Below, piece after piece: positions 19,891-30,626 of a stretch of 64,000 bases of DNA (position 1 is the stretch's first letter; each line of letters opens with the position of its first letter). Location of the stretch: positions 308,853 through 372,852 of the forward strand of contig CAWJIM010000021.1 in NCBI GenBank assembly GCA_963842945.1. Reading direction: 5' to 3'. Source of the DNA: an uncultured Gemmatimonadales bacterium (GTDB taxonomy: Bacteria; Gemmatimonadota; Gemmatimonadetes; Gemmatimonadales; GWC2-71-9). Below the pieces are notes generated by a model. That model did not search any database, had not been told where the DNA came from, and saw nothing but the letters and a program-made list of their open reading frames with translations. A program made the position numbers and the translations under genes.

Positions 19891-20156
19891 TGTTCACTCC
19901 GCATGAGCGGGAGACCCAGAATTCACCTCTGCGCTCGCCAGCAGCGATGGCCGACTCTCCCGAACGGCCTGCCCTGGTGTCCCACCATCGTTCCCAAGGG
20001 AACAGTGGGCTTCGTCCGCCACTCGGCGGAGTACGTCACGGCCGGTTAGAGCGCCTCCCGACCAGGTCCCTCGTTCGATTTCTCCTTCTTCCACACTCTT
20101 CCGCGCTTCCCTATCTTCTTCCCCTGCCCCGCTGCCCCACCGCCCCGCTGTCCGAC

Positions 20157-21156
20157 CTAGTGCTCCGCCCGCATCAAGCCGATGAACACGGCGGTGAGCA
20201 GGGTAAACACGAAAGCCTGCAGGAACGCCACGAATACCTCGAGCAACATGACGCCGGTCGCCAGGATCGAGGCTCCGATTCCGACGTAATAGCTCTGAAA
20301 GAGGAACGTCAGCCCGAGCAGTGCCAGCACCAGCACGTGGCCCGACGTCATATTGGCAAACAATCGGACGGCGAGCGCAAACGGCTTGGCCAGCTTCCCG
20401 ATGATCTCGATCGGCGTCATCACGATGAGCAGCAGCACCTTGAGTAACGACCCGCCGATCCCGCCCGGCAGTCCCGGAGGCAGGTAGAAGATCGTCTTCA
20501 TGTAGCCCTTGAAGCCAAGCGCGCGCATGCCGGTGACTTCGATGACCAGGAAGGACACGATCGCGAGCGCCGCAGTCACCGCGATGTTGCTGGTGGCGGT
20601 CGCACCCCAGGGCAGCAGCCCCAGCAGGTTCATGGCCAGGATGAAGAAGAAGACGGTCAGCAGATAAGGCGCGTAGCCTTCGCCATGGGCACCGACGTTG
20701 GGAAGCACTACCTCCTGGCGGACCCAGAGCGTCATCGCTTCCATTGCTCCGGGAAAGCCCTTCGGCGGCTGACCGCGTGATTGCTGCCGCACCAGGATGC
20801 GGGCACTGGGGATAAAGACCAGGGCGACCAGAACTGCCGCCAGCAGCATGTAGACCAGGTGACGGGTGGGGGAGAGATCGAGGTATCGGGGTTGCCCGTG
20901 GGCGTCGCGGCCCAGGGGAATCTTCCAGTTGGTGGGCAGGTGGAGCACACCAAACGGGGTCTCCACGTCACTGGCGTTGCCGATGTGGTGGGCGATGTCC
21001 ACTTCGTTTCGGCTGGCCTGATGCTGGGACTCGGCGGCAACCGCCTCCCGCCCCACGTCTTCCGCCCGCTCCTGCGAAACAGCCGGAGACGAGAGCCCCA
21101 GCGCCTCCGAGGAGGACCATCCATGCCAGAGCGATTGCGCGATTCTTTCCCGTCAT
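20157..21156 (-). CDS. atpB: ATP synthase F0 subunit a (frameshift near 21100, N-terminal signal-like extension)
   Basis: NLLGLLP, ATSNIAVT, KPFALAVRLFANMTSGH, FLQAFVF; N-terminus in ORF 20968..21156. Confidence 0.95.
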
Positions 21157-21157
21157 C

Positions 21158-21520
21158 TCACTTCAACCTGGAATGTTCCCGAACCGCCGTTACCGCCTCG
21201 ACCAGGAGCAGTGCCAGCAGGGTCGCCACCAGCGTCAGAAGCAGGGCGCCTGCGTCCCAGCGGTATACTCGGGCCAGGACCAGCGCTGCCAGGGCGACTA
21301 CGACAATGCGGATGATCATGCCACCCACCCAGACCAGCTGGAACTTCTCGGTTCCGATGCTTCGAAGCGTCCACCAACCCAGGGGAGCCTGAACCAGCAG
21401 TGCCATCAGCACGCCGGCCCCGACCTCGTGCTGGGAGCCGGGAGGCGCTACGGCGGCTGCGATTGCGCCCACCATGCCCACGATGAGCAGGCCGAGCAGA
21501 TACCGGCCCCGCCCGCTCAG
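21158..21520 (-). CDS. ATP synthase protein I-like membrane protein
   Basis: Four hydrophobic helices, positioned between the AtpZ-like gene and atpB; start uncertain. Confidence 0.7.
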   Translation of the reverse strand: MSGRGRYLLGLLIVGMVGAIAAAVAPPGSQHEVGAGVLMALLVQAPLGWWTLRSIGTEKFQLVWVGGMIIRIVVVALAALVLARVYRWDAGALLLTLVATLLALLLVEAVTAVREHSRLK

Positions 21521-21738
21521 TCGCCCTGATCCTTCTCTTTAAGAGAGCGGATCAGCCAATACATTGTGCCGCCGAACCCAACGAAGGCGAAGATCACCGT
21601 CAAGAGTCCGCCGGTAGCGAAGCGGCGATCGGCCCATTGCCCGATCCACACGAAAACCAGCAGGCTCACCGCGAGCTGCACGCCGAGCCCGGCGTAGCGC
21701 ATCCCCGTGCCCCGCTTCTCCGGTTCAGGGGTTTTCAC
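21517..21738 (-). CDS. AtpZ/AtpI family small membrane protein
   Basis: YAGLGVQLA...IGQWADRRF; first gene of the atp cluster. Confidence 0.8.
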   Translation of the reverse strand: MKTPEPEKRGTGMRYAGLGVQLAVSLLVFVWIGQWADRRFATGGLLTVIFAFVGFGGTMYWLIRSLKEKDQGD

Positions 21739-21861
21739 GGCGCAAACCTACCCGCTTGTGAAATTTTTCGCAAGCAAATTCTCCTGCGTCAGAATGGCAT
21801 CTGCTAGCGCTGTTCCCTCGGTCCCGGTTAAATCTCACCTCATGAACCTCATTCAACGCTC

Positions 21862-22875
<1,014 letters not shown>

Positions 22876-23036
22876 CAGCGGGGCAGCGGGGCAGCGGGGC
22901 AGCGGGGCAGCGGGGCAGCGGGGCAGCGGAAATAGCATCACTGACAAAAAGAGAAAGCCCGGCCGCTATGGTCGGGCTTCTCGTGTTCAACTCACTTCCT
23001 ATCTCAGCCTACTGCCCCGCCGCCCGCTGCGCCGCT
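22876..23036. repeat. CAGCGGGG octamer array (6 perfect + 1 partial) with a degenerate inverted copy at 23012-23036
   Basis: Read directly from the sequence; the two arms flank a terminator hairpin. Confidence 0.85.
22946..22983 (-). terminator. Intrinsic terminator for the lipoprotein gene, possibly bidirectional
   Basis: aaaaagagaaAGCCCGGCC-gctat-GGTCGGGCTtctc: hairpin with a U-rich tail on the minus strand. Confidence 0.6.
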
Positions 23037-23040
23037 CTCA

Positions 23041-24150
23041 TCATGCCTGGTCGAATAACGCTCCAACCGGGGCCAGCATCTGATCGAAGGAGACAAAGGC
23101 ATTCGCCTGCAGCTCGAAAACCCCGTCGAGCGCCTGCAGCTCGTCATCCGTGAGCGGCGTCCCATCGCTCCGGACGATCGTCGTGGTGGTGCCGTCGGTG
23201 GTAATCGTGGCGAAGGCATGCCCATTGACCAGGATATTGAACGTCCCGGTGGTATCGGTGAACTGACCGGTCATGGTGATGGTGCCGTTGGGGCCGGCCA
23301 TGACCAGGTTCACGTTGATGGGACTGTTCTGCTGGCTCACGTCACTCACGTTGACGCTGAGATCGATCGAGACATCGCGCTGGGGCAGATCCAGCGAGTA
23401 GGTCAGGGTCAGGCCGGCGGTAAAGGTGATGGTCGACCGCAGGTTGATGTTCGCCTGGGTGGTTCCATCGGTTACCATGCCGATCACCGTGACCCGGCCA
23501 CTCGAGGTTCCGCTGGTCGCGGTGACGGTGTAATCCACGTAGGTCGTCCCGCCCGACACCACCAGCACCCGCGCGGCCTGGGTGGTGCCGCCGCTGAGAT
23601 CGATCAGATCGACGTGTCCGGTCTCGACCAGTGGCTCGACCGGGATGTAGCTCACCGGATCCACCGCATACACGATGAAGCGGACCCCGTTGTTCGGAGC
23701 GCCGGTCAGATCCGAGAGGACGTACGCCTGGGTGCTGGGATCATAGACAAAGGTCTTACCCGCGACTTCAGCGGGGACCGCCGCGGCCGCGACCCGGCCC
23801 GACTGCAGCGAAGCTCCCTGCCGGCGCTGGAGCATGGCGCCCAGTCGCTGCGCGCTTCGAACCGCCGCCGCGCGCATGCCCTGCGCGTTCTTGCCGCGGA
23901 CGTCGATCGCCGCCACCGACGAGGAGATGATCGGCGAGCCGCCCAGGGCGGCGTCGAACATCACGCTGAAGGTCGAGAAGCTCGCGAACGCGTCCGAGCC
24001 AAAGGTCGAGTTCATCGCCTGAAGATCAGTCGAGGTGCCGGTCGGGTTGAACGGCGCATCCGGAGTCGATCCGCCTTCGCAACCGGCCAGTACGACCGAC
24101 ACCAACGCCACCGTCACGACAGATCGCTTGGCGAATTGCAGCACGCGCAT
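23041..24150 (-). CDS. Hypothetical lipoprotein
   Basis: GGAGG RBS, lipobox VLAG-C, Thr/Ser-rich beta content. Confidence 0.7.
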   Translation of the reverse strand: MRVLQFAKRSVVTVALVSVVLAGCEGGSTPDAPFNPTGTSTDLQAMNSTFGSDAFASFSTFSVMFDAALGGSPIISSSVAAIDVRGKNAQGMRAAAVRSAQRLGAMLQRRQGASLQSGRVAAAAVPAEVAGKTFVYDPSTQAYVLSDLTGAPNNGVRFIVYAVDPVSYIPVEPLVETGHVDLIDLSGGTTQAARVLVVSGGTTYVDYTVTATSGTSSGRVTVIGMVTDGTTQANINLRSTITFTAGLTLTYSLDLPQRDVSIDLSVNVSDVSQQNSPINVNLVMAGPNGTITMTGQFTDTTGTFNILVNGHAFATITTDGTTTTIVRSDGTPLTDDELQALDGVFELQANAFVSFDQMLAPVGALFDQA

Positions 24151-24309
24151 GGGTTCCGCCTCCATCAGGAGTGAGCAGTTGAGGGCGGCCCGTGCGTTGA
24201 GACGCGGGTCGAAAGCCGCCAAATCACCGACAGAAATGCTCTTGGGGGTGTCCCCAGGCCCTGCACTCTTCGCGCAGCGGCCCGGGACTGGGGCGGGATC
24301 AGGCAACGG

Positions 24310-25914
24310 CTATGCCAGCGTTTGCATTTCCTCTCTGGGTTCCACGGGAAATCCTTCGGCCTGCCAGGCTGCCCAGCCTCCTACCAAGGCTCGGGCCCGG
24401 GGCCATCCTCCCGCTCGAAGCTCTCGCGCCACCCGGGCGCTTGTGGCTTCGTCCTTTCACGCACAGTAGAGCACTACCGTGGCGTGATGGTCGAGCCCCA
24501 GTTGACGGGCTCGTCGGACCGCATCGTCAGGCGGAAGACGTATGGCGCCGCGAGCGATGAGTTTGTCCGCCGAGAAGCTGCGGTCGGTGCGGACGTCGGC
24601 CAGGATCACCGGCGCGCCGGCCTCCTGCAGCTGCCGCAGCTCGTCCAGGGTGATGCGCTCGGGTACCTGGATCTTCAGATCCGGCTCGGTAGTCACCGGA
24701 GCGCTGGTAACCGCCGCCGGCTCGGCGACCTGCCCTTCGCTCTTGCGGAGGAAGATCGCGATGCCGGTGCCGTGCAGCAGCACGGACAGCAGGACCACCA
24801 GGCAGGTAATGACGAAGAGGCGCTCGCTTCCGGGCGCCCCGGCAAACACCGGCAGCAGGACCAGCAGAAGGGAGCTCAAGCCCCGCGGTCCGGCCCAGGC
24901 AAGGATGCGGCGCGTTTTCCGCTCCACCCCGAGACGGCCCAGGACCGGCAGCAGGACCGCTGTCCGAGCCAGCAGCGCGACACCCGCGAACGCCAGTGTG
25001 GGTAGATCGACGGCGCCAAGGCCGCTCCAGATCAGGCCTGCGCCGAAGGCGACAAAGGTGAACAGCAGGAACATCTCCGCCGTCGCCTGACCGTAGTCGA
25101 GGAAGCAGTCACAGAGCTCCACGTCGAGCCGGGCGATCACCACACCGGCCGCGAAGGCCGCCAAAAATCCGCTACCGCCCACTGACTCCGCGGCAGCATA
25201 GGCGGTGAACGCCACGCCCAGCGCGTATAGCGATTCGTAGTCCCGCCGCACGCTCACCCGCTTTCGCACCTGTTCCAGCAGCGTGATGGCGACATAGCCG
25301 ATCAGGGCACCGAGGAGAGGCCCCAGGAGAAAGAGCCCCACCGCGTGCCGGCCCAGCTCGGACTCGAGGTCGGTATCGGAGTGGAGCGCCAGCATGCCGA
25401 GCACCACGATGGGGAGCAACACCACATCGTTGATCCCACCCTCCAGGCGTAGCGCCTCGCGGGCCGCTGGGGGAAGGCTGGAGCGCCGGGTCAGACTCCT
25501 CAGCATCACCGGATCGGTGGAGGCCAGAGCCGCGCCCAGAATCAGCGAACGAATCACTCCCAGATCGAGCAGCAGCCAGGCCGCTAGCGCGATGAGTACC
25601 GCGGGAATCAGCGTTGCCGGACCGAGGATCGTCAGCAGGAGCCGGCGGGGCCGGCGGATCTCGCTGAAGTCCAGCGCGATCGCGTCGGTGAACAGCACCA
25701 GCACCAGGCCGAGCGTCGCGATCCACTGGAGGGTGGGTGAGGCCAGCGTAAGCTCGACCAGATTCAAGCCCTGCGGGCCGACGATGACCCCGAGCAGGAG
25801 GAAGATCGCGACCTGGGAAACTCCAGTCCGCTCCACCAATCCGGACAGGAGCGAGGAGACCAGGATGACGATCCCGATCAGGGCGAGCGCGGGCGCTAAA
25901 GATTCGGCAGCCAT
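24310..25914 (-). CDS. CPA1 cation:proton antiporter fused to a rhodanese domain, probable selenoprotein (UGA at 24457-24459)
   Basis: LFTDA, GAALASTDPV, EGGIND, GPRGLSS antiporter motifs; DVR...IARGAIRL...VVLYCA-UGA-KDEATSARVA...ALVGGWAAWQAEGFPVE-TAG completes the rhodanese fold in frame. Confidence 0.85.
24426..24440 (-). promoter_or_regulatory. Candidate bacterial SECIS hairpin
   Basis: GCGCC-CGGGU-GGCGC begins 16 nt 3' of the in-frame UGA; G-containing apical loop. Confidence 0.6.
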
Positions 25915-25994
25915 GCGCGAAGTATGCTGTCAGCAGGAAGTCATTGCGAGGGCAAGGTCATTGCGAGCCCGCGGAGAGCGGGCTAACCTCGCCC

Positions 25995-27473
25995 ATGACC
26001 TCCGAGCCCGAGTCCACTGCCCTCCTGCTCACCACCTGCGGCGTCCTGCTCGGCGTGAGCGTGGTGTTCAGCCGGGCATCCCAGCGGACCGGTGTGCCCA
26101 TCGCGCTGCTCTTCATCCTCGTGGGAATGCTGGCCGGCTCCGAGGGGCTGGGCCACATCGCCTTCGACGACTATCGCTTCGCCTTCCGGGTGGGCACAGT
26201 TGCCCTCGCGCTGATCCTGTTCGATGGCGGACTCAACACGCCACTCAGCGCGGTCCGCAAGGCCGCCGCCCCAGCCGGCGTACTGGCAACCGCGGGTGTC
26301 GCGGGCACGGCGCTGTTGGTGGCGGTCGGGGCAAATGCCGTTGGACTGGGTTGGCCGGAGGCGTTGCTCCTCGGCGCCGTGGTCTCGTCCACCGATGCCG
26401 CAGCCGTCTTCTCGGTGCTCCGCGGCAGCGGACTTCAGCTCAAGCGGCGGGTCGGCGTCACCCTGGAAGTAGAGTCGGGCATAAACGACCCGGTGGCCTT
26501 CATCCTCACCACGGTGCTCACCGGTAATCTGCTCCAGCCGGGCTCGGCCGCGGGCCTCCGCATCCCGCTCGAAATCCTGTTTCAGCTGATAATCGGCACC
26601 GCGGTGGGAGCCGGTGCCGGTTATGGCGGTCGCCATCTCCTGTCGCGGCTCCGCCTGTCGGCCGGTGGCCTCTATCCGGTACTGACGCTGGCGCTGGGGC
26701 TCAGCGCCTTCGGCGCGGCAACCCTGCTGCACGGAAGCGGTTTCCTGGCGGTGTACCTGGCCGGACTGCTGCTGGGCAACGGTCCCCTGCCCTATCGCAC
26801 CGGACTCCTTCGGGTGCACGACGCTCTCGCCTGGCTGAGTCAGGTCGGCATGTTCCTGATCCTGGGACTGCTGGTGTATCCCTCCCGCCTGCTCGACGTG
26901 GCAGCTATCGGCCTCGGCCTCGCGCTGCTGCTCGCGATAGTCATCCGTCCGCTGGTGGTCGCGCTGTGCCTGCTTCCCTTTCGCTATCCCGGGAGGGAGG
27001 TGCTCTATATCGGCTGGGTGGGACTTCGCGGAGCGGTTCCCATCGTGCTCGCCACCTTCCCGGTGCTGGCCGGTGCTCCTGGTGCCGGCCGCCTGTTCGA
27101 TCTGGTGTTCTTCATGGTGGTGGTGACCGCGCTGGTTCCCGGCGCCACGGTAGCCTGGGTCACTCGCCGGCTCGGCCTCCAGAGCAAAGAGCCGCCCGCG
27201 CCTCAGGCCGTCCTCGCCATCGAATCGCGCCAGCCGCTCCAGGGTGAGCTGATGTCCTTCTATATAGATGAAGCGCTGGTGGTAGCCGGAATGCCGGTGG
27301 GAGAGCTGCCGCTGCCTGAAGGATCGGCCGTGACGCTCATCGTGCGGAACAACCGCCTGCTTCCCCCGGCTGCCGATACGCGGCTGGAGCCGGGAGACCA
27401 CGTGCATCTGATCGCCCAGCCGGAGGACCGGGGGCTGATTCAGCTGATGTTCGGCAGACCCGAGGAGGAGTGA
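25995..27473 (+). CDS. K+/H+ antiporter (NhaP2/CvrA-like) with TrkA-C domain
   Basis: GMLAGSEGLG, LILFDGGL, SSTDAAAVFS, ESGINDP, WVGLRGAVPI. Confidence 0.9.
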   Translation: MTSEPESTALLLTTCGVLLGVSVVFSRASQRTGVPIALLFILVGMLAGSEGLGHIAFDDYRFAFRVGTVALALILFDGGLNTPLSAVRKAAAPAGVLATAGVAGTALLVAVGANAVGLGWPEALLLGAVVSSTDAAAVFSVLRGSGLQLKRRVGVTLEVESGINDPVAFILTTVLTGNLLQPGSAAGLRIPLEILFQLIIGTAVGAGAGYGGRHLLSRLRLSAGGLYPVLTLALGLSAFGAATLLHGSGFLAVYLAGLLLGNGPLPYRTGLLRVHDALAWLSQVGMFLILGLLVYPSRLLDVAAIGLGLALLLAIVIRPLVVALCLLPFRYPGREVLYIGWVGLRGAVPIVLATFPVLAGAPGAGRLFDLVFFMVVVTALVPGATVAWVTRRLGLQSKEPPAPQAVLAIESRQPLQGELMSFYIDEALVVAGMPVGELPLPEGSAVTLIVRNNRLLPPAADTRLEPGDHVHLIAQPEDRGLIQLMFGRPEEE

Positions 27474-28161
27474 CTCGCCAGCAGGCTCAGAGCCAGCGTG
27501 TCCTGAAAGGCGTGGGCCACCACCACCGGCCAGAGCCGCCTTGTGCGAACGTAGTACAGCGTGAAGACAATTCCGACCGGTAGCACCGTCACCAGAGCCA
27601 GCGGGCCCTGGTACCCATGAGCCAGGAGCCGGAGAGCGGCGCTGAAGGTTCCCGCCACTCCCATTCCGAACCGGCGGAAGGCGGCAAAGCCGAGGCCCAG
27701 CCAGAGCAGCTCTTCGAACACCGCATTGATGATCGAATAGGCGAGTGACAGCGAGAGCCGGGGACCGCCCAGGATCTCGGTCTCCTTTGCCACCGCGAAG
27801 AGGTGGGGAAACACCGTGCGGCAGACCAGCACCCAGAGCGCCACCGCTCCAACGGCGCAGGCCCAGAGGACCATTCCGCGGGCGAGATCGAGCGGCTGAA
27901 ACGGGTAGGTGGCGGTTTTGAGCGGCCGCCAGCCACGGCGCCAGAGCCAGTAACCGATGGTGACTGCGAGCACCAGCTCGATCGCGACTCGCCTCAGCAA
28001 GCACCGTATCGCTCAAGGCGATGGGCCGCGGCACTGCCGTCCTTGTACGAGAGGGCAGACGGCAGGAGCATCAGCGCAACCGGAAGCAACAGGCCTACGG
28101 CCGCAACCCGTTCGGAGAGCTGCTCCGGGGGTAGCGCCGAGCTCGCAGGCGGGTCGGTCAG
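27440..28161 (-). CDS. CPBP (CAAX/Abi) intramembrane metalloprotease (frameshift near 28000)
   Basis: FEELLW, AHGYQG, RRLWPVVVAH..QD. Confidence 0.75.
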
Positions 28162-28343
28162 CGCGTTGGAGATTGCCGTTCCACCGCTGGGGACAGGTCG
28201 AGCTTTCGCATGGCGTCCACCGCCACCTCCCATGCCCCCTCAGCGCAAAGACCGCGCACCGCAGCATCTTCATACGCCGCCAATGCCGCGCGGATCAGCT
28301 CGGCCCGGACCCGCTCGGTCATCCGCTGAGTCTCAGGCTCCAT
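28158..28343 (-). CDS. Small hypothetical protein
   Basis: AYEDAAVRGLCAEGAWE; overlaps the DUF3565 gene in operon fashion. Confidence 0.6.
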   Translation of the reverse strand: MEPETQRMTERVRAELIRAALAAYEDAAVRGLCAEGAWEVAVDAMRKLDLSPAVERQSPTR

Positions 28344-28551
28344 CGCCCGTTCCCTCAGCCCGGCATAAGCCACAGGTCAGCCTCGTGCCGAGCCGGCTGC
28401 CTCGACCCTCGCTGGAGAGCACCCACGCGCGCTCCTGCCAGGGAGGATCGTGCCGCACGTGCTGGTTGTGACCGCAGTCGAGCTCCGCCACCCAATCACC
28501 CTCCTGGTCCTGATGGAAACCAATAATGAGCCGCTCGGAGCTTGCCTTCAT
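28333..28551 (-). CDS. DUF3565 domain protein
   Basis: FHQDQEGDWVAELDCGHNQHVRHDPPW...CGLC. Confidence 0.8.
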   Translation of the reverse strand: MKASSERLIIGFHQDQEGDWVAELDCGHNQHVRHDPPWQERAWVLSSEGRGSRLGTRLTCGLCRAEGTGDGA

Positions 28552-28593
28552 CGATAAACATCGGTGCTAAGAATGTTGAAGGTTCCGTCTGCC

Positions 28594-29619
28594 TCAGGGC
28601 TTGAGCACCGTCCACTCGATTTCATTCAGCAGATTTCCAACCGCCTCCGCGGAGTCGCTGGTGTAGGAGAAGCAGCCGGGTCCACCCGTAGCGCTGACCC
28701 CATCCAGCCGACCTACCGTATTGCGGACCCAATCGTCCTCAGTAACGAGCGCCGGAGACAGAACTTCACCTGGTAGGGCTTCTCCAGCTTGAGCGGGCGG
28801 AGCTCGGCCGCCTTCACCCGTCGGACCGCCCGTGCGGCGGCCTGCCGCAGCAGCCGGTGGACCGTTGCCGGCGGGAGGACTGCCGCCGCGGAACGGGAGA
28901 AGGCGGTCTTGGTGGTAACCGTCTCCAGCGGTCCCAGCATCTCCCGCGTCTCCCTGGTGAGCACGTCGTCGCCACTGGCCAGGGCCATGGGCACGCCCAT
29001 CTCGCCGCCGATGAACCCCGCAATGCCTGCCTCGTTGAGCGGCTTGCCGTTCACGGTAAAGGAATCGAAGGCGAAGTTGTGCGAGATGACTCCCGGACTT
29101 CCGGCGTTGGCGTGGGCGCCGACGATCATCATCGCATCTACCATCGGGATTCATCCCGGTGGACATCACGATCGGCTTGGGATAGCCGCGGATCAGGATC
29201 GCCTCCGGATCGAGCCGGTCGACCAGAATGTTGCGGAACAAGGTTCCGCCATGTCCCTCGTTCACGATGAACTGGGTGGCGCCGGCCGACCGGGCGCCCG
29301 CGATCAGCGCATTCACCTCATCGGTCAGCTCCTGGCGAAAGCGCTCGTGCTGGGGCGACCCGCCCCGGCTCACCGGACGCATCTCGGTGGCATTCCGCAC
29401 CACCCCGGCCAATCCCTCCATGTCGGCGATGATGTACACGCTGAAGCCATCGCGCTGCATGTCCTGCTCCAGCTTTTCCCTCGCCTGGCGATACTCGGTG
29501 ACTCCGAACGCGGCGGCCGGCGGCGTGGTGTCGCGCGGCGCGCTGTCGCGGGCAGGTTGTCCCTGGGCCCAGACCCGCGTGGCAACCAGGAGCGCGGTGA
29601 CGGAGAGGAGCCGGATCAT
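28594..29619 (-). CDS. Secreted M55 family (DppA-like D-aminopeptidase) paralog 2, frameshifted
   Basis: ADMEG, NEGHG, GAHA, HNF, NEAGI, SGDD; signal peptide VWA-Q; ATGA overlap. Confidence 0.8.
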   Translation of the reverse strand: MIRLLSVTALLVATRVWAQGQPARDSAPRDTTPPAAAFGVTEYRQAREKLEQDMQRDGFSVYIIADMEGLAGVVRNATEMRPVSRGGSPQHERFRQELTDEVNALIAGARSAGATQFIVNEGHGGTLFRNILVDRLDPEAILIRGYPKPIVMSTGMNPDGRCDDDRRRPRQRRKSGSHLAQLRLRFLYRERQAAQRGRHCGVHRRRDGRAHGPGQWRRRAHQGDAGDAGTAGDGYHQDRLLPFRGGSPPAGNGPPAAAAGRRTGGPTGEGGRAPPAQAGEALPGEVLSPALVTEDDWVRNTVGRLDGVSATGGPGCFSYTSDSAEAVGNLLNEIEWTVLKP

Positions 29620-30601
29620 CGGAGCACCGCCTCTTCGATGGCGTCCAGCAGCCAACCCATCTGCCGCGCGCTGTCGGTCACGTAGCTGAAGTGCCGGTCG
29701 CCTTTGCGCTCCAGCTTGAACTCCTGCGAGCCCTGCCACCGCCTGAACGATGCTGTCGGCAAAGGTTCGCCTGAGCGCAAACTCGACCCGGTAGGGCCGC
29801 TCCATGGTGAACGGCTTGAAGTCGCCCCGAAGCTCTCGCTTGACCGCCTCCGCGGCCCCGTTCTGCAGCATCCGCCTGACCTTGGCCGGGCTGTAGGTGA
29901 TAGCAGCGCTTCGGCCCACCGCCCGCTTGGTCACGATGGCGACAAAGCCGTTCGGCAGCATTTTCTTGGTCTCGTCGATCAGGACGTCGTCTCCACTCAC
30001 CAGCGAGACCGACACGCCGAGCTCGCCGGCGATCAGGGCGTTGATCCCCACCTCGTTCAGCGGCTTGCCGTTCACCGTGAAGGTGTCGAAGGCAAAGTTG
30101 TGCGCCAGCACGCCGGGACTGCCCGCGTTGGCGTGGGCACCGGTGAACATCAGGGTGCCGAAGCTGCTGTCGATCCCGGTGACCATCACCAGCGGCTTGG
30201 GAAAGCCCCGCACCAGGATCGCCGAGCTGTCCAGCTCCCAGGGCAGCACGTTGGCGAACAGGTTGCCGCCGTGTCCCTCGTTCACCACGAAGCTCCTGGC
30301 GCCGGCGCTGCGGGCGCCCCGGATCGTGGCGTTCACCTCCCGAGTGAGCAGCAGCCGAAAGCGGTCCCAGTAATCCGGGCTGGTCAGCTCCTTGTAGCGC
30401 TCGCCCTCATTCCCGGCAATGACCTCGTGGATGTCCACCGCGCTTCCCATGCCTTCCATATCCGGGACGAGGAACACCCGGAACCCCGGCTCGTGGGGGA
30501 TCTGCTTGTCGCGGAAGGGGGCCGATGAGCGGCGGCGGCGGATTCTGCGCCTGGAGCAGCGAGGCCAGGCACAGCAGGGCAGGAACCAGAAGCGGGCGCA
30601 T
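29616..30601 (-). CDS. Secreted M55 family (DppA-like D-aminopeptidase) paralog 1, frameshifted
   Basis: PDMEG, NEGHG, GAHA, HNF, NEVGINA, SGDD; signal peptide LQA-Q. Confidence 0.8.
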
Positions 30602-30626
30602 CAGTTCTCCAGAGGAGGAAGTCGGT

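Noticed and set aside
19970..20045. Hammerhead-like GTGACGTAC-stem-CGAAG arrangement in the atpB-atpE spacer
   Set aside because: The core deviates from CUGANGA/GAAA and there is no NUH cleavage triplet; kept only as a generic structured RNA.
22876..22929. CRISPR array
   Set aside because: Contiguous 8-bp units without spacers and no cas genes.
28594..30477. 627-aa double-M55 fusion ORF
   Set aside because: Frameshift artefact; an ATGA junction at 29616-29619 and a second signal peptide indicate two genes.
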